36,492 bases of DNA from Nanobdellota archaeon (lineage in GTDB: Archaea; Nanobdellota; Nanobdellia; Woesearchaeales; GW2011-AR9), in assembly GCA_030695605.1 (NCBI GenBank), contig JAUYQE010000029.1, positions 1-36,492 of the forward strand, in the 5' to 3' direction. Both the position numbers and the translations under genes were made by a program. Positions 33,879 to 36,492 of the stretch are shown piece after piece. How positions within the stretch are numbered: position 1 is the first letter of the stretch; each line of letters starts with the position of its first letter. The notes below the pieces were generated by a model. It searched no databases, was not told the DNA's origin, and worked only from the letters and a program-made list of their open reading frames with translations.

Positions 33879-34559
33879 TTACCGTTCTATCACTATCCCC
33901 AACGGCCGGAGCGCTTCCACAAACAGGATCTTCAGCCAGCCGAGAAAAGGAATGCGCACTAAGCCTTTGCCCAGAACCCGATCTTCACTGATGCGCAGCT
34001 CGTCAACACCATCGCTGCTGCGCGGGTTATGGTCGCCTTTGGTCTGGTAGAACGTTTTGCCGTTCTCTTCCCATCTTTTTACCACCCGATGGATGATGGG
34101 TTGGGGGCGATCTGCCTGGAAGACGAGAATGTCGCCAACGTCCACATTTTGGTGATTGGCTCTCCAAAGGACAATAACATCACCTTTGTTAAACCCTTGG
34201 GAGAATGGAAAATCTTTAAATTGATCGGGAGTTATACTTTGTTGTTCATACCAGCTGCCACAAGCCCGCCAGTAATTGTCAAATGACTCTTTAAAGCCGG
34301 GATACTGCTCGCCGCAGAGCACACCGTTATGCAAGCCATGCTCCATGCTTTCGGAAACGACGGCTACAATAGGATAGCTGGTTCCTAAAACAAAGCCAAG
34401 CAGGGGATAGAGGATATAGCGGATAACCACAAAAGCGACCACAATATTGACTATCCAGCTCCAGACAGATTCATCTTTCCAGAAGAACTGCCAGGCTTTT
34501 TTTGCGTAGTATTTCCAATCATTCTTCAGCGGGGGCTTCTTTTCTGCTTTCTGGCGCAT
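33879..34559 (-). CDS. Signal peptidase I, archaeal/ER (Sec11) type
   Basis: N-terminal TM segment, then VVSESMEHG (catalytic Ser box), GDILVF, IIHRVV (His box) and TKGDHNPRSSDG (GDxN box). Confidence 0.85.
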   Translation of the reverse strand: MRQKAEKKPPLKNDWKYYAKKAWQFFWKDESVWSWIVNIVVAFVVIRYILYPLLGFVLGTSYPIVAVVSESMEHGLHNGVLCGEQYPGFKESFDNYWRACGSWYEQQSITPDQFKDFPFSQGFNKGDVIVLWRANHQNVDVGDILVFQADRPQPIIHRVVKRWEENGKTFYQTKGDHNPRSSDGVDELRISEDRVLGKGLVRIPFLGWLKILFVEALRPLGIVIER

Positions 34560-34619
34560 AGGGAACGCTTCTTTTCTTGATTTAAAAAACTTTTTATATT
34601 GAGCTACTCTTCATTCGCT

Positions 34620-35516
34620 ATGAACATCGGAGGGCAGCATCTGGACAACGAGCTTATAGCGCAACTGATCACCGATATCCGGCAGAAAAAAGAGCTGCGT
34701 TCGCTGAGCCGGGAGTTTGTTCAGGAGCAACTGCTTCTTTTTTTAGAGCGGGAGCCTAAAATGCTCCATTTTCTCCTGCAAAATCCCAGCAGCCGGGCGG
34801 AGCGATATAAGCAGATAGTAAAAGAACTGCGCAAGCGCTTGCGGAGAGCCTATGGCTTGTTCCGCTGGGATGAAGAGCTGCACAAGCGGCAGCAGTTGGT
34901 TGAAGAGCTTGTTATGAAAAAGCCCCAGAACTGGAAAAAGCTTGTCGGGCAGGTTCTGGCGACACACGCATCCACACAAGAGCGGCTTTCTTTCTTTGAA
35001 CACCTCTATCGGCAGATTTTTGCCATCACCGGAAAGCCCAAGCGAATCATTGATCTCGGCTGCGGCCTGCATCCCTATGCAATTCCGTTTATGAAGCTGA
35101 AAACGCTAGAGTACTTTGCCTATGATCTCAGCGAAGAAGAGCTGCAGACGCTGGAACAGTTTTTTGCATTTCTGCATACCAAAAATCCGCAATTTCAGGG
35201 GCATGCTGCTATCCTTGATTTGTTCCATTGGCAGAAGCTGAAGCACCTGAAGAATGCCGATGTCTGCTTCCTCTTCAAAATGACCGATGTGCTGGATAGG
35301 GGGAAAGGGCACAAAGTGACGGAAGCAGTGCTGCGGGAAGTGTCCGCGCGATTTGTTGTCGTCAGCTTTCCCACCAAAACCATGAGCGGCAAGCGCATGA
35401 ACTATCCAAAACGGAAGTGGATGGAGCTGCTCTGTAATCGGCTGGGCTATCCGTTTACCGTTCTGCAGTTTCCGGATGAAGTTTTTTATGTGATTGAAAA
35501 GAAAATGGTTTCGTGA
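34620..35516 (+). CDS. FmrO/Rmt-family 16S rRNA (guanine1405-N7) methyltransferase homologue
   Basis: I compared it by eye with the RmtB/ArmA family as I recall it. LATHASTQERLSFFEHLYRQIF corresponds to LHASTKERL...LYDFIF. IIDLGCGLHPYAIPF corresponds to LDIACGLNPLAL. DVCFLFKM...VVVSFPTKTMSGKR corresponds to LALIFKLLP...AVSFPTRSLGGR. The C-terminal EVFYVIEKK corresponds to ELIYLIKK. The ATG at 34620 lies about 21 nt after TTTTATAT. Confidence 0.85.
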   Translation: MNIGGQHLDNELIAQLITDIRQKKELRSLSREFVQEQLLLFLEREPKMLHFLLQNPSSRAERYKQIVKELRKRLRRAYGLFRWDEELHKRQQLVEELVMKKPQNWKKLVGQVLATHASTQERLSFFEHLYRQIFAITGKPKRIIDLGCGLHPYAIPFMKLKTLEYFAYDLSEEELQTLEQFFAFLHTKNPQFQGHAAILDLFHWQKLKHLKNADVCFLFKMTDVLDRGKGHKVTEAVLREVSARFVVVSFPTKTMSGKRMNYPKRKWMELLCNRLGYPFTVLQFPDEVFYVIEKKMVS

Positions 35517-35562
35517 GTGGAAAAAAAGGAGAGCCTTTGCCTGAATATGCTGGTCTTGAAAC

Positions 35563-36345
35563 CTAAAGCAAATCTGCAAGTTTTTTGATGTCTTTATTTG
35601 CGATGTGAGTGTAAATCTGCGTGGTTTGGAGACTTTTGTGGCCAAGCAAGGTTTGAATGGAACGGATGTCTGCTCCCGCTTCCAGAAGATGAGTGGCAAA
35701 AGAGTGGCGCAGGGTATGGGGGGTAACTCTCTTCGTGATTCCCGCTTTCTGGGCAGCGATACGGACAATCATCTGGATGGTGCGCGGGTTGTACTGCTGT
35801 TCCAGATTAGACCGAAAAACCAAACCTTCTTTCTGCAGTTTAAAATCCTGGATACATGTCTTTAACCTCTCATGAAGAAACACCATCCGCTCTTTACTTC
35901 CTTTGGTAACTTTAAGATGGATGAGGCCTCGTTGCACGTCAATATCTTCCCATTTGACATTACGCAGCTCATCAAGCCGCATTCCGGTGTAATACAGAAA
36001 CATAAGAACCAGCCTGTGTTTCAGGTTTAAAGTTGTCTGGAATAAAGCATGAATCTCTTCTTTGTTCAGAACTGCGGGAAGTTTTCCTGGGCGTTTAGCC
36101 AATGGCAGGCCTTCATCGAAATTCTGTTTCAAGACTCTAGTAGAGAAGAATTTCAAAGCAAAATAAGCTGTGCGTATGCTGGAGTGGCTTTTATCGGTGT
36201 ATCTGAGCAAAAATTCACGGGGGCTCTTACCAGAGTTTAAAAAATGAGTAATAAGAGAAGAATAGGCTTTTGCCGTTCTTGGAGAATATTTCCTGAGCTT
36301 CAATTCTTCGGACAGCTTGGTGAGATATGGCTGGAAATCATCCAT
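35563..36345 (-). CDS. xerA: Tyrosine recombinase, XerA/XerC-like
   Basis: [38 protein letters not shown] carries the R...HxxR...Y catalytic signature. The earlier [10 protein letters not shown] holds the first catalytic Arg. 260 aa. Confidence 0.9.
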   Translation of the reverse strand: MDDFQPYLTKLSEELKLRKYSPRTAKAYSSLITHFLNSGKSPREFLLRYTDKSHSSIRTAYFALKFFSTRVLKQNFDEGLPLAKRPGKLPAVLNKEEIHALFQTTLNLKHRLVLMFLYYTGMRLDELRNVKWEDIDVQRGLIHLKVTKGSKERMVFLHERLKTCIQDFKLQKEGLVFRSNLEQQYNPRTIQMIVRIAAQKAGITKRVTPHTLRHSFATHLLEAGADIRSIQTLLGHKSLQTTQIYTHIANKDIKKLADLL

Positions 36346-36492
36346 GATACTAGGAATAACTCATCGTTCATAAAAATTTCGCTTTAACATCAATTAAACG
36401 CAATTTTCCGCAAGAAAACTGCGTCAAATAGGTGTTAGCCAAAATATTTTTCTCGCCTTGCAGGTGCATTCGCTTCACTCATTTCCGAAGAT

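Noticed and set aside
33420-33962. 180-aa plus-strand ORF from the track
   Set aside because: It is antisense to tfs and to the signal peptidase gene, both of which have strong family motifs, and it crosses the intergenic element. It is a shadow ORF.
35106-35768. 220-aa minus-strand ORF from the track
   Set aside because: It is antisense to the well-supported FmrO-family methyltransferase and overlaps the 3' end of the recombinase gene out of frame. No motifs.
1-36492. CRISPR arrays, rRNA genes and tRNA genes
   Set aside because: I found no regularly spaced direct repeats. I found no T-loop-like GGTTCGAATCC/GGTTCAAATCC motif with a matching acceptor stem. No long non-coding stretch could hold an rRNA; the largest gaps are about 320 bp and AT-rich.
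36435-36492. Possible 3' end of a minus-strand gene entering from beyond the window (...EMSEANAPARREKYFG*)
   Set aside because: Only 19 codons are visible, which is not enough to support a call.

Overview
This window reads as an archaeal chromosomal segment. The archaeal markers are TFS, an ER/archaeal-type Sec11 signal peptidase, a PAC2 proteasome-assembly chaperone, a METTL5 orthologue, uL11, a XerA-like recombinase and TATA-box or leaderless promoter architecture. Very large glycan-sequon-rich surface proteins combined with sparse metabolism suggest a small-genome, DPANN-like lineage, but that is inference only. I support about 41 protein-coding genes. I found no rRNA, tRNA or CRISPR array. 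Housekeeping genes: partial topA, a DEAD-box helicase, MgtC/DUF4010, a METTL5-type methyltransferase, PAC2, a dPGM-like phosphatase, uL11, a PurM-superfamily protein, a long ThyX-like gene followed by tmk, tfs and a signal peptidase. Accessory content is interspersed among them. It includes three different type II toxin-antitoxin families (RelE/ParE, HicAB, MNT/HEPN), a small serine recombinase in an AT-rich pocket, and a tyrosine recombinase. There is also a 7-kb same-strand cluster encoding a 1499-aa and a 692-aa beta-helix surface protein. The items most worth follow-up are listed here. (1) An FmrO/Rmt-type 16S rRNA m7G1405 methyltransferase homologue next to the tyrosine recombinase. (2) A metallophosphoesterase plus 129-aa orphan operon lying between TA modules. 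(3) A two-gene operon led by a protein with a JAB/RadC-like HxHPSG..PSxxD motif. (4) An orphan protein with a caspase/CHAT-like His...Cys signature. (5) An MNT/HEPN cassette bracketed by direct repeats exactly 1200 bp apart, which duplicate the 3' end of the neighbouring gene. (6) A 145-bp GC-rich element closed by a 12-bp perfect inverted repeat between the signal peptidase gene and tfs. (7) uL11 with a charged C-terminal extension of about 80 aa. All functional calls rest on motifs I read in the translations and on my recollection of the families. No database search was run.
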